From positions 3,840,001 to 3,904,000 of the forward strand of contig OZ244621.1 in the NCBI GenBank assembly GCA_965218425.1: 64,000 nt of DNA. Direction: 5' to 3'. This stretch comes from an uncultured Candidatus Binatia bacterium (GTDB taxonomy: Bacteria > Desulfobacterota > Binatia > UBA9968 > CAXXLF01). Below are positions 18,303-29,424 of the stretch, piece after piece (position 1 is the stretch's first letter; each line of letters starts with the position of its first letter). A model generated the notes under the pieces. The model ran no database searches, was not told the DNA's origin, and saw nothing but the letters and a program-made list of their open reading frames with translations. A program made the position numbers and the translations under genes.

Positions 18303-20633
18303 ATGGCAGTAGAACACACGAGCAGCGGGCTCATCGGTCAATCCATTCGCCGGGTCGAGGATGCAGCGCTGCTAACCGGCAAAGGGTGTTTTGTGGACGA
18401 CATCCAGTTACCCGCAACCCTTCACATGGCATTCTTGCGTAGCCCATACCCCCATGCAAAGGTAATTTCCATCGATACGACTGCGGCACGAGCCTTATCA
18501 GGGGTCGAAGCCGTCATAACCGCAGATGACCTTCCCGGGGAGATGACTATGCCGGTACCCCCCATGGTTCGTGGCATGAAGACTCCGCCCCATCCGGTGC
18601 TGGCTCGAGGAACGGTTCACGCCGCGGGTGCTCCCGTGGCAGCCGTAGTTGCTCAAACCCGCGCTATCGCTGAAGACGCTGTGAGTGCCATCGATGTGGA
18701 ATACGAATCCATGCCTTCAGTGGTGGATGCCGTAAAAGCTCTGGAACCGAACGCACCGTTGGCACGGGAGGAAGTGGACACTAACGTCTGTTACACAGCA
18801 TCGAGAAAAGGTGGAGATGTGGATAAGGCATTCGCCGAGGCCGACCATATTTGCCGCATGCATATTGCCAGCCCTCGCCTGGTTGCCATGGCCATGGAGA
18901 CAAGGGGCGCTCTGGCTAGTCCGGATCCCATGGGGCAAGGGCTCACTGTCTGGCTTTCAACCCAGAGCCCGCACCGCGCACGCGCGGATCTGGCCGTGGC
19001 CGTAGGCTATCCCGAGCACAGGATACGGCTTATTGCGCCCGACATTGGCGGAGGGTTCGGCAGCAAAGGGCCGATTTACCGCGAGTACGTGCTGGCCTGT
19101 CACCTGGCGCTAAATTTAGGTCGGCCCGTCAAGTGGATCGCCACTCGGAGCGAGGATTTTCTTACGGTGATTCAGGGTCGCGACCAAGACCTGACATCCG
19201 AGCTAGCCCTCAAGCGGGACGGCACCATGCTTGGATTGAAGGTCCGTGTGGTCGCCAACCTGGGCGCTTATTTGCAATCGAATACGGCAGGCCCGCCCCA
19301 GCGCATGATGGCCATGGCACCCGGTTGCTATCAGATCCCCAACGTCGACGTAGAGGTAGTGTCGGTTTTTACCAATACCGTCTCCACGGGACCCTATCGT
19401 GGCGCTGGACGACCCGAATCGGTGCAAAACATCGAGCGATTAATCGACAAGGCGGCAAGGGAGCTGGGATTGGACCGGCTGGAGATCCGGCGCAAGAACT
19501 TTATTCGACCGGATCAGTTCCCCTACCGCACCGGTGTGAACGTTGAATACGACTCCGGTGACTATGAAAAGTCCCTTTCGGAGGCCCTGCGGATCTCAGA
19601 CTACGAGAACCTGTCGCGTTATCGTGACGAAGCCCGATCCCGGGGGGAACTGGTTGGCGTCGGTATCTCAACGTTTGTTGAACCCAGCGGCGGTGCCGGT
19701 TTTGAAAGCGGTACGGTACGCGTGGAGCGTACCGGGGAGATCACGGTCCTCACCGGTTCCAGCGCCCACGGCCAGGGACATGAGACAGCCTTTGCACAGG
19801 TGACGGCTGAAAGGATGCGCGTTTCCATGGACCACGTGGCCATTCGACATGGAGATACGATTGCCATCCAACAGGGGGTTGGTACCTTCGGGAGCCGGAG
19901 CGCCGTCATGGGTGGCGGGGCCATGGCCATTGCATGTGACCGTGTCATTGAAAAAGCCAAGCGCATCGCAGCCCATTTAATGGAAGCCGCACCCGAGGAC
20001 GTGGTTCAAGTGGATGGCGGATTCGCGGTGGCGGGAGTCCCCAATCGGACCGCCACTTGGAAGCAGGTGGCGGGCTCTGCGTATGGAAGAGTCCCGCCGG
20101 GGATGGAACCGGGGCTTCAGGAAATGGCCTTCTATAATCCGAGACGCGACGCTTGGGGTTTTGGTGCCCATGTGGTACTGGTAAAAATAGATCGGGAGAC
20201 AGGAAAGCCGACCATTGAGAAGCTGGTGTTGGTGGACGACTGCGGCGTCATCATCAACCCTATGATCGTGGAAGGACAGGTCCACGGCGGCGTAGCACAG
20301 GGATTGGGCGAGGCCGTCTGCGAACAAATGCTCTTTGGCGAAAACGGTGAGGCACTCACCGGGTCGCTGATAGGTTACGCCGTGCCCCGTGCCAGCGACA
20401 TGCCGCCACTCGTACTCGGCGAGACCGTGACACCGAACCCCTTTCATCCATTCGGTGTAAAAGGCGTGGGCGAGGCGGGCTGCAATGGGGCCCCGGCTGC
20501 AGTGGCCAATGCGGTGCTGGATGCACTGGTTCCCCTTGGCATCGAAGACCTTAGCATGCCGTACACAGCTCCCAAACTTTGGGAAGCCATCCGACAGGCG
20601 GAAGCAGGCACGAATCCTTCAACTCGTGAATAA
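18303..20633 (+). CDS. Molybdenum hydroxylase large subunit (CoxL form II-like / xanthine dehydrogenase family)
   Basis: GGGFGSK, active-site loop PYRGAGRPE, GQGHET, GTFGSR, GVKGVGE. Start placed at ATG 18303. Confidence 0.9.
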   Translation: MAVEHTSSGLIGQSIRRVEDAALLTGKGCFVDDIQLPATLHMAFLRSPYPHAKVISIDTTAARALSGVEAVITADDLPGEMTMPVPPMVRGMKTPPHPVLARGTVHAAGAPVAAVVAQTRAIAEDAVSAIDVEYESMPSVVDAVKALEPNAPLAREEVDTNVCYTASRKGGDVDKAFAEADHICRMHIASPRLVAMAMETRGALASPDPMGQGLTVWLSTQSPHRARADLAVAVGYPEHRIRLIAPDIGGGFGSKGPIYREYVLACHLALNLGRPVKWIATRSEDFLTVIQGRDQDLTSELALKRDGTMLGLKVRVVANLGAYLQSNTAGPPQRMMAMAPGCYQIPNVDVEVVSVFTNTVSTGPYRGAGRPESVQNIERLIDKAARELGLDRLEIRRKNFIRPDQFPYRTGVNVEYDSGDYEKSLSEALRISDYENLSRYRDEARSRGELVGVGISTFVEPSGGAGFESGTVRVERTGEITVLTGSSAHGQGHETAFAQVTAERMRVSMDHVAIRHGDTIAIQQGVGTFGSRSAVMGGGAMAIACDRVIEKAKRIAAHLMEAAPEDVVQVDGGFAVAGVPNRTATWKQVAGSAYGRVPPGMEPGLQEMAFYNPRRDAWGFGAHVVLVKIDRETGKPTIEKLVLVDDCGVIINPMIVEGQVHGGVAQGLGEAVCEQMLFGENGEALTGSLIGYAVPRASDMPPLVLGETVTPNPFHPFGVKGVGEAGCNGAPAAVANAVLDALVPLGIEDLSMPYTAPKLWEAIRQAEAGTNPSTRE

Positions 20634-20880
20634 ACACCGGTACAGGTTCCTGCTGATCTGACGACCCCCGTGCGCCTGTAATGGAAACACTCTGGTCCGC
20701 CCGAAGCGACGCGAACCCCTGCCCTACAGATCCATAATCGTCTCTGGGACCTTGGCTGAACCTTTCAGACGGTCTGTTTAACATCGATAGTCCCGATTAA
20801 CCAAGGTACACGCCAACTATGCTGCCTATCTCCAGAGGTAGGCATATCCCTATACTGCCAAGGGGATTTCGGTGAACCTA

Positions 20881-21970
20881 TTGATCCTCGTATAATATAA
20901 TGACATCAGAAAAGGCTGGACTGTTTCCAGAAGGCGGTAACGAGACGAGGCCTGCGGCGCATTCGGCAAAGGGCCCGACGAGCATGGTGGCTGAGTTGAG
21001 CGAAGTCCTTGGCACAGAAGTTGGGCAGTTCATGATGCTTCCAGTATCCCCAGAGGTATTCGACGGGATTCAGTTCCGGTGCATAGGCCGGCAACCGTTC
21101 CAGCACCAACGCGCCTTCGGTAGCGGCAACAAAGTCCCGAACCAACCGGCTCTGGTGGCTGGGCAGTCCGTCCCACACTACCAGCAGCGGCCCGGAAACA
21201 TGACGCATCAAGTGCTTCAGGAATTCGATGATCTGGGGGCTCTTGATGGCTCCCGGATACACTCGAAAGTACAAGCGCCACCAGGTGACTCCGGCGATGG
21301 CCGACAGACTCTTCCAGTTGAAGTGATATTGCAGCACTGGCGTCTGTCCTCGGGGCGACCACGTACGATACCGATTCGGCCGCTCGCTCAGCCCGCTTTC
21401 GTCCACGAACACTATGGTTCGCCCCTCGTTTCGGGCTTTTTTTTAATCTCCGGCCAGCGCTTCTTCTTCCACTGCCGGATCGCCTCTTCATCTCGTTCCA
21501 AGGCACGTCCCGTCGGCCGCTGGCAACTCCACCCCAACTGCCGCAATATCCGCCAAACATGGCCCGGATGGTATGTGACTCCGCAGGCTTCCCCAATCAA
21601 GTGGGCCACTCGCCTTGCGGTCCACAGGCTCGTGTCGTACCCCAGCGCTTCGGGTCCCCGTTTCAAACCGCCCTCGATCTTCTTCAGATCCGCCGGGCTC
21701 AGTCGCGGCTTGCGTCCGGCACGCCCCGCCTGCTTGAGCCCGGCTCTGCCGCTCTCGGCCAACTGCCGCGCCCATCGATTCACCGACTGGCGGTGCACTC
21801 CCACCCAACGCGCCACCTCCGCCTCCGACAGCCCTCGCTTCAACAGCCTCCCCGCCTCCATCCGCCGTCGCTCCAATGCTTCAAAGTCCCGTCGCACTCC
21901 AAGTGGGTTTCCCATACCACCACTATACATTAAGTTCTTATCCAATGTTACTATATTATGCGGTTCTCAA
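20881..21970 (-). mobile_element. IS630-family insertion sequence, copy 1 (1090 bp)
   Basis: Imperfect 26-bp terminal IRs (ttgatcctcgtataatataatgacat / atgttactatattatgcggttctcaa) and TA on both sides. HTH ORF 21412-21945 and DDE ORF (FVDES...WDG...PELNPVE) ending at 20906 are joined by a -1 frameshift at an A8 run. Confidence 0.95.
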
Positions 21971-22016
21971 TAGTCAGGCTATGCTCCCCAGACTCTTACA
22001 ATTCTGAGCAAATAGT

Positions 22017-22093
22017 TGGCGCGCCCGAAGGGACTCGAACCCCCAGCCTACAGATCCGTAGTCTGCCGCTCTGTCCAATTGAGCTACGGGCGC
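22017..22093 (-). tRNA. tRNA-Arg(ACG)
   Basis: Reverse complement GCGCCCGTAGCTCAATTGGACAGAGC-GCAGACT-ACG-GATCTGT...GGTTCGAGTCC...GCGCGCCA; cloverleaf with CCA. Confidence 0.97.
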
Positions 22094-22458
22094 GCAAGTC
22101 ACGGTCAGAATAAATGGTGGGGTAACGGTTTAAATCCAACGCCCAAGTTAGCACAGTGGATCGCCCTTTTCCAGAAAAGCAGGGTAATGGACCCTCGCGA
22201 TTTAGCGTTCATGAAAACCCAAGGAATCATACAAATTCAAAAACCGATGTCGATAGGGCAACCGAAGAGTAAGTCCTGAAGAGCGCGGGCACAGGAGCGT
22301 AGAGGATGCGTTCAGGCCCAAGCGGCGCAGATATCCGCCCTTGGAGCGGACGGGGTGGTGGCCCTCAAGGTAAAGGCCCATTGACCGAGATCGAAAGGGC
22401 TCGGCCCGAAGATTGGAGTTGGGTCACTTGTCTAGAAATATTCTTCGCCAGCCCTAAA

Positions 22459-23610
22459 TTAGCCGGCCGCCAGTTGCTCCATGAACCAGTCCGCAATATC
22501 CGTCCTGCGGTCAAAGCGCTTTTCGCCGTGACCCACGCCGTTCAACATGCGCCGTTTCGAGTTCACGGCCTTTTGGTAGAGCCGAAGGGCCCCGCGCGGG
22601 TCCATGATCCGGTCGTCCTTGCTGTAGCCAATCAGCATGGGACATTCGATTTGATCAACCCGACCATCTAGAGTGAAGGCGCTTATTTTCTCCCGCGCCT
22701 CACTTAAATCCTTAGCACCCATCAGCCAACGCAGGCGCTCCTGAATGGGCGGGTAATAGTCAAAAATATCCTCGCGCAGGCTAAAGGCAGCGCTCCAGAC
22801 CGCCACTGCTTTGATCCGTTTTTCTGCCGTTGCGCATCGCGGCGCCGAGTAGCCTCCCATGCTCGAGCCGTGGATTCCGATGCGGTTACTGTCCACGTCG
22901 GGACGGGTCTCAAGATAATCGATGACGGCCTTGGCTACCCTCTCCGAATCAGGCGGAGCGTAGAGCCTGTTCAAACGCAAAGCACCCCCGTGTCCTGGAC
23001 CGTCAACGTCGAGAAAGGCCAGACCTCTCCTCACATATTGAGCTGCTCCAGCTCCACCGTCGTTTCCCCTATGCAGTATGCCGTCCGCCCCGCCGTAGTT
23101 GTAGACCACCGGATGGCGTGCGCCGGGCTTTCCGCGCACAGGATAAAAGAGTCCCTCGAGCTTATGCCTTTCATAGGGAACCTCGACCCGCTCGAAAGGC
23201 GGCGGGATCATCTCCCAGGCCTTGTCAAACATCTGCCTTAAGCTGTTATAAACGGGGATCATGCGGGGCTCCGACTCCGGCATAAAAAGAACAGCCCGGC
23301 GGTAAAAGTCCGCTGCGCGCCGGTAAAACTCATGGGCCGTGATCCGTCGACCCGCGGCTTCGAACGCCACGGCCATTTCCTCATTCTTCTCAGCGACCCT
23401 CAACCATTCCTCGTACCAGCTTTCCGGGTGGCAGGGTTTCAAGCGGCCGGCAACTTCTGAAATGTCAGGGTCGGGATGATGGGCAGAGAGCTCCATACGA
23501 ATTTCTAATTGCCCACCTCCTGGAAGCCCGGCATGAGAAATTAGGCCCTTGGTCAACTTCTCTTCCTGAGGAATCGTTTCATCATTTCCTAGCCTGTAGT
23601 CTGCTGTCAT
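22459..23610 (-). CDS. Alpha/beta hydrolase (FrsA / 2,6-dihydropseudooxynicotine hydrolase-like)
   Basis: GGADG, DGPGHG, nucleophile elbow GSSMGGY, C-terminal Asp/His (DDRI, GVGH). Start ATG 23610 with SD GAGGGAG. Confidence 0.85.
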   Translation of the reverse strand: MTADYRLGNDETIPQEEKLTKGLISHAGLPGGGQLEIRMELSAHHPDPDISEVAGRLKPCHPESWYEEWLRVAEKNEEMAVAFEAAGRRITAHEFYRRAADFYRRAVLFMPESEPRMIPVYNSLRQMFDKAWEMIPPPFERVEVPYERHKLEGLFYPVRGKPGARHPVVYNYGGADGILHRGNDGGAGAAQYVRRGLAFLDVDGPGHGGALRLNRLYAPPDSERVAKAVIDYLETRPDVDSNRIGIHGSSMGGYSAPRCATAEKRIKAVAVWSAAFSLREDIFDYYPPIQERLRWLMGAKDLSEAREKISAFTLDGRVDQIECPMLIGYSKDDRIMDPRGALRLYQKAVNSKRRMLNGVGHGEKRFDRRTDIADWFMEQLAAG

Positions 23611-23735
23611 GTTCACTCCCTCACACGCCCGGTTTCTTGGCCATCTCAATTAGAACAGATTCAACTACCGGAGGGAACCTCCGCCAGAGTGGTACAAAAT
23701 CTATTTAGGTTAAGGCACATTCCGATGCCGACGCA

Positions 23736-23921
23736 GTGTTGCTTCAGGGAAGATGGCCCTCGGCGGCGGCAAAACCGCTTGAAGGAGATATTGGAAGACC
23801 GGTTGTGACGACGGTTACCGCGTCCCTCTGGCGGTTACTCCGGATGCTGGCGATTAAAGAACCCATTTATGGCTATGGCCGGTTGCTACGGCAGGAAGAT
23901 TACGGGGCGGTGCTAGCCTAA
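23736..23921 (+). pseudogene. C-terminal remnant of a maleate cis-trans isomerase/Asp-Glu racemase family gene
   Basis: LEGDIGRPVVTTVTASLWRLLRMLAIKEPIYGYGRLL resembles the family C-terminus; no N-terminal part is present. Confidence 0.65.
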
Positions 23922-24017
23922 CGATCTGCAAGTCACGAATTTTCACCAAGTTGACCGGCCGGAGAGACATGATATAAAACAGAACTCGCTCACCGGCATT
24001 TCCACCAGAGCACCCGT

Positions 24018-24872
24018 TCAATTAAAAACAATAGTTTTATTTCCGTAGGGCAGGACGCACCGTTCCAAGTGGAGACGAACAGCCTTCGCCAAGACCACAC
24101 GCTCCAGGTCCCGCCCCTTTCGAACAAACTCCGCCATTGTGTCATGATGGTTCACTCGACTCACGTCCTGCTCGATGATAGGTCCTTCATCGACCGTCGC
24201 CGTCACATAGTGGCTCGTCGCCCCCACAAGTTTGACACCATGATGGCACGCTTGGCCGTAGGGGTTGGCACCGGCAAATGCAGGAAGGAACGAGGGGTGT
24301 ATATTTATAATTCGATTCGGATAATACGAAACAAACTCCTTTGAGAGAACTTGCATATAGCGAGCCAGAATAATCAGGTCTACGTGCAGTGACTCTAACA
24401 ATTCCAGCTCTTTTTGCTCTTGTGCACGCTTGTTCCCAGGAGTTACAGGAAATACATGGTATGGAATTCCATGAGTGGTTGCAACGGATTGCAACCACTC
24501 GTGATTGCTCACGATCGCGACGAATTCCGCCGGGAGCTCGCCCGATCCCTTCCGATACATAAGATCCATGAGGCAATGGTCCAGCTTGGAAACAAAAATC
24601 GCGACTCGTGGCCGCTCATCAGAAAACCGCAATTCCCATTCCATCCCTACATCATTAGCCAAAGGTTGAAAGGCTTGTTTCAATTCCTTATCGGACAGAT
24701 CTAAAGATCCCGGATCCCACTCAACCCTGTAGAAAAATTGACCGGTTTCGGAGTCAATATGCCGGTCCGCATGAAGAATATTTCCATTATGACGAAAGAT
24801 AAATTCCGAAATTCTATAGATAAGCCCCTTTTGATCGCGGCAGGTCATGAGGAGAGTTACGGTTCTATCCAT
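24018..24872 (-). CDS. purU: Formyltetrahydrofolate deformylase
   Basis: ACT-like N-terminus (CRDQKGLI), VSKLDHCL, LARYMQVLS, INIHPSFLPAFAGANPY, GVKLVGATSH, DEGPIIEQ. Confidence 0.95.
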   Translation of the reverse strand: MDRTVTLLMTCRDQKGLIYRISEFIFRHNGNILHADRHIDSETGQFFYRVEWDPGSLDLSDKELKQAFQPLANDVGMEWELRFSDERPRVAIFVSKLDHCLMDLMYRKGSGELPAEFVAIVSNHEWLQSVATTHGIPYHVFPVTPGNKRAQEQKELELLESLHVDLIILARYMQVLSKEFVSYYPNRIINIHPSFLPAFAGANPYGQACHHGVKLVGATSHYVTATVDEGPIIEQDVSRVNHHDTMAEFVRKGRDLERVVLAKAVRLHLERCVLPYGNKTIVFN

Positions 24873-25106
24873 TAGCCACCTCGGTGTTGTGATTCCAGAG
24901 TTTTTATATCACAGTCCGAATATAATTTGCATATTGGCTGACTGAGGACGAGAGAAAACCGGCGCTGGGCGCGGTCCGGAGCTATCCGGTCTCAGATGGG
25001 AACCATGAAAAACAGGGAATTTACAGGGTATATTGAAGCTATGCCATAGTTGACCTTGCTCAGCGGTTATGTAAGAAACGGTGACTGAGATAGGAGCGTC
25101 GAACGC

Positions 25107-26106
25107 ATGACTAAGATAAGTTATTTTCAAAGATTTTCCCAAAGGGAGAATCACGTCACGAACAACACATTACTGGTCATGAGGCATTTCTACCAAGCAT
25201 CGCCCCAGAAGATCAGCGTAGTCTTGTCAGATCTTGCTAATGATGATTTATCTGTAGGTCTTGAATTTGGACAGCAAGTCAGACTGTCCGATGGCGTTCC
25301 TGACGCCCTGATATCACAAGCTCCTCTGGATATCTATATTGAAACTAAACGCGGAGGACAACTCGATCAAGAACAAATAAAGCGGCACATCGGATCAATG
25401 GCTAAGAATTCCGCCATTCGGTCACAGACAATTTTGTTAGGGTTGACCAGAACGTCGATTGAGAAGAAGGTTCGCGATGAGCTCATAGGGGAAGCCAAAA
25501 TAAAGAATATTATATTCGTACCAATCACTTTTGCTGATATCGTTTGATCACTTCGACCTGTCTGTGAAAATCATGAAATCGCGCTGCGTGAGGTTCTATC
25601 TGACTATGAAGACTATCTGAAGGTCGAAAATCTCCTTCAAATTGATGAAGTAATGAGCGTCTTTCCCTGGGGGACATCGATGAACGAGAATCTTGAATAT
25701 CGACTCTATTTTGAACCACCTGAACGATCATCGAAAGCGGAATCGAAATTTATCGGCTTGTATAGTGAAAAGCGCATTGGGCATTTGGCATCAATCAAGA
25801 CCATCGTGACAGGTATTGAGGGTCCTGATAGCTTTGTAGTGACAGACACTGAGAAGGGAAAGCTATCGAACGAAGAAAAAAAACGGATCAAGGGCGGACT
25901 GTGTTTATTATCCTGGCCTTGCTCAAGAGGAGCATCGCTACTACCTTTTTGACGAAATGCGCGAAACAAACTTTGTCAAGTCGTCAAAACACGGTTGCTG
26001 AATCGCCGGGATTTAGATCTGTCCCACTGGTTAGACTATGAGAAGAAGAAGGAGTACTCGGCGCAAGAAGCGGCAGAGGGCCTAAGGAATCAGGAATTTT
26101 GAATAG
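25107..26106 (+). pseudogene. Degraded PD-(D/E)XK nuclease-like gene
   Basis: PDALI...IETK motif. In-frame TGA at 25545-25547, reading continues in frame, then frameshifts near 25900 and 26000; lower GC than the flanks. Confidence 0.6.
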
Positions 26107-26525
26107 CGCTCTAACATTGTTTGGTTCATCTCGGCACCTCCTCTCGGACACACTCAACCGGACAGCTGGCGTGCTGCCTAAACTGGGCACGTCAAGTGCT
26201 AGCGGCGGGCTAGAATCGTGTCCTGAAGGCGCTACGTGCTCAAGGTTTCGAAGGGGATGGGGCAGCAAAGAGCGAGTCATCTAAATCTTTTGCCGGGCAA
26301 AGCGGATCGAACCTTCATCGAGGCACCTCGGGTGCGTCGGGTGTGACAATTAAACGCCGAAGGGCGTCCGCATCGTTTTTCCGCTCCGCTCAAATGCCTG
26401 GGTGCTACAAACTGTTGTGTATCCGGCAGTTAGCCCGAGCTGCCGACGACGCATCACACACAATATGCATACGTGGGCGCCGATGCTGACGTGCCTGTCA
26501 CCCGCTCCCTGTACTCATGCAGGGG

Positions 26526-26978
26526 TCACGTCCGTTCGCCCCGAATCGGCTCCGGCGCTTCCACGCGAACGGTCACGATATCCATGTCGTAGTATTGCTG
26601 GTGGCGGACCGAGGATGCATGGTGCCGAAGCAAACGAAGTGAAATTTCCCGCTCGAGCGGTGCTCCGGCTTTCTGCTCACCGAGTAGCACGATCCGGTCC
26701 TGAATGTTTCCCTCGCCGACCGCGGCGACAAACTCGAGAACCGCCCCGCCACCCTCCTTGTGCGCGACTAGAAGCAGTCGCCCTTGTTCACGCTGTGCTT
26801 CACCCTCATCCTGACGGAAAAGCGTCAGCAAAGTCTCTTCAGCGGCGGCTTCAAGGCGGTCCGTCATCGCCTTGTCCCAACCGCTACGGGACGCGAACGC
26901 GCCGAGAAACTCCCTGATCTTCGGCAGGGCCGAGGGATCCAGCTCCGCCTCGACCCGACTGCGGCGCGGTTCCGAACA
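26526..26978 (-). pseudogene. C-terminal fragment with an RsbW/HATPase-like domain (5' part missing)
   Basis: Frame extends upstream of the track ORF: ELDPSALPKIREFL...DRLEAAAEETLLTL...SLRLLRHHASSVRHQQY; GC-rich. Confidence 0.5.
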
Positions 26979-26979
26979 C

Positions 26980-28240
26980 GCTGCTCGTAGCTCACCGCTT
27001 TATCAGTCACGGCAACCGCGACTGGCCGTCGACTCTGGAAGAACATGACGTCTCGTTCGGCGTTCGGGGACGGCTGCTGGCCGGTATCGGCTAGGACGGG
27101 CATCTGCGAACCTACCGTTACGAGGGCGTACTGCCCGGCAATACCTTCGTGAGCGAGGGGGAGATCCAGCAGGCCATCGACGAAGGCCGTCACGATCTCG
27201 AGAATCCGCTGTCGACGGCGCCCGAACACTTGGCGGCTGTTCGCGAGACCGGACTGCGGCTGGACCGACACCAGGGCGTCGAGCACAAAACGGGTCGGTT
27301 CTCGCTGGACGGCGCGGCGTTCGCACTGGCCGGCGGCGACCTGCGGTGGGCGGCGGGCGCCGAGATCGATTACGAAGAGCAGCACGATGACAGCGGCTAC
27401 GGACACGCCTTCGTCTTCGGCGACACTCACGACGCGGCCGATGTGTTGGGCTCCGGGGGAATAACATTCGAGGGTGACCGCCGGCGCTTGTCGGCTTTGG
27501 GCGAAATGATGCTGCCGCCGCTTCCCGGTTGGACAGTCACGCTCGCAGGACGCCATGACAGTTACGACGATGTCAGGAGGGCGTTCTCGCACCAGGTTTC
27601 GAGCGCGTACCGGGTGAACCGGATGCTCACGGTGCGGGGATCCTGGGACAGGGGTTCGCGGCCTCCCTCGCTGGCCGCTATGCACGCATCGTCAACCATC
27701 TTCTATCCATATGTCTGCGACACCAGGACGTTCACCGGCGCGTTGGCGGATTGCGATCGTGCCCAGGTGGAGATGGTGAGCGGCGGCAACCCCAAGCTGG
27801 AACCGGACGGGTCGGAGGCCTTCAGCGCGGGCGCGAAGGCGAGCCTCGGTTTCCTGACCGTGAGCGCCGACTGGTTCCGGATCGAGATATCCGAGGCGCC
27901 GGCGTTGCTTCCCACACAAACACTCGTCGACATGGAGGCGAAGGGCCAGGCACTACGGTCCACCGCGACGGCGAGAATGGTCCGATCACGCGGATCGTGA
28001 ATCCTGTGGTCAATACCGGCGAAGAGACCGCTTCCGGGGTCGATATACGGGCGCACGCCCGATGGAACGCTGCACTGGCGGGACCCGCTGGGCCTGAAGG
28101 GGATGAAGCTGATCGGGGGCGTGCTCAACATCGCGGATCGCGGACCCTCCGTCGATTCCTCGGATCCGAGCGAAGCGGACACGAGGCTCGATTCCGTCCG
28201 CGGCCGGACGTTCTTTCTGAGGGGCGGGATGTCGTGGTGA
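26980..28240 (+). pseudogene. TonB-dependent receptor fragment (C-terminal barrel part, frameshifted/deleted)
   Basis: LAGRHDSYDD, TVRGSWDRGSRPPSL, GGNPKLEPD, ASGVDI; terminal RGRTFFLRGGMSW* with aromatic C-terminus; GC-rich. Confidence 0.75.
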
Positions 28241-28686
28241 GGCTGGTTCGAGATATCAGCCGTCCCGAGCGACTGATGACCACTTTATAATTCATCGCCG
28301 GAAATCATGGACTCGTCGAAGTCTATGGCGCGAATGACGTTCGAACCGCAGGACATCAGGTAGTTCAGCAACGACATTACAATCCCGTAAACTGGCTATC
28401 TCATGTCCCCATGAAGTATCAAATCTGGGGACAAGAATGACTCTGATCGGCGTGCGCAGATTAAGATAATTCGGAGAGTTATGAGAGGCTATATCTCGAT
28501 CATGAGCGAATGTCGGTCTCGGGTAATGCGAGCCCCCGCAACCAAATTAAAACGCTGCAAAGTCAAGAGCTTAGCGGCATTTTTGATTCTGGGCAACCTC
28601 TTCCAGAACACGTTCCGGAATGCCCTCGGAATTTTTCCGAAGGTAATTTCCAGCAACTCAAGATATCTCCTGACCCTCAAACGGGA

Positions 28687-29424
28687 CTAGAACGCATAGC
28701 GCAGGGAGAGCCGAAGCCCGTGGCTCGTCAGCTTCGCCCGCGTCACGGCGAGATCGAGCGTTGCGTTCTCGCCCAGCGATGTCGCCACCACCGCCGTCAG
28801 CATCCAGGCGAGATTGACCCGGCTTGCGCCCGGAACGATGGTCGTTGTCCTCGGAAACGTCATGCGCGTTTCATCAATCTCGGTACGGGCGGCGACGATG
28901 CCGGCCCCAATGAACGGACTGAAGGGGCCGAGCCTCGGCAGTCCCAGTCCGGGGAGGTCCACGTAAGCGGCCAGCATGCCGGACAGGGATGACAGATCCG
29001 CGGCGACCGATTGCCAGCGTGTGGGCTCTAAAAAATTGGCGCTGCCATCGAAGGTGAAACGCGGGCGGTATTCGACAAGAGCCTCGATCCGCGCGGCGGG
29101 CGTGGCGGCATGGCCGAGCCCGAATTCGAGACCCGTTACCGTTCCGAAATCGCCGAGTGAACGGAGTGGCGCGCCGTCGCCGCCCCTGCCGCAGCCGTAC
29201 AGCGCCGCCGGAGCAACGCTCGAACAGCTCCTGTCCATGAATCGCGTTTCGGCCGGACGGTCGAGGCCGATCCCGGCCCGCAGGTAAAAATCGTCAGCCG
29301 CTCCGGCCCCGGAGGCCATCGATGCTCCAGCCACGATCAAGGCCGCCACCCGGCGGTGCCATTTCGCCCGCCGCGCCGCTGTACGCGTCGGCCTGATGTC
29401 GAGAGAGAATGTCTTGCTTTTCAT
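28687..29424 (-). CDS. Outer-membrane beta-barrel (opacity/porin-like) protein, probably internally deleted near the C-terminus
   Basis: Signal-like AAADDFYLRAGIG, AYVDL, PFIGAG, LAWMLTA, terminal LRYAF. Confidence 0.65.
   Translation of the reverse strand: MKSKTFSLDIRPTRTAARRAKWHRRVAALIVAGASMASGAGAADDFYLRAGIGLDRPAETRFMDRSCSSVAPAALYGCGRGGDGAPLRSLGDFGTVTGLEFGLGHAATPAARIEALVEYRPRFTFDGSANFLEPTRWQSVAADLSSLSGMLAAYVDLPGLGLPRLGPFSPFIGAGIVAARTEIDETRMTFPRTTTIVPGASRVNLAWMLTAVVATSLGENATLDLAVTRAKLTSHGLRLSLRYAF

Noticed and set aside
18303..20633. Bona fide aerobic CO dehydrogenase (form I)
   Set aside because: The active-site loop is PYRGAGR rather than AYxCSFR, the order is S-M-L, and no cox accessory genes are adjacent; the substrate is unknown.
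20900..21973. 357-aa + strand ORF spanning IS630 copy 1
   Set aside because: It is antisense to the transposase and is broken by a stop in copy 2.
22260..22440. Possible 6S-like RNA or small gene upstream of tRNA-Arg
   Set aside because: No convincing long hairpin or protein motif was found.
25545..25547. TGA recoding (Sec or alternative genetic code) here and at 32563
   Set aside because: Many intact genes end in TGA, these genes carry other lesions, and other pseudogenes have TAG/TAA stops.
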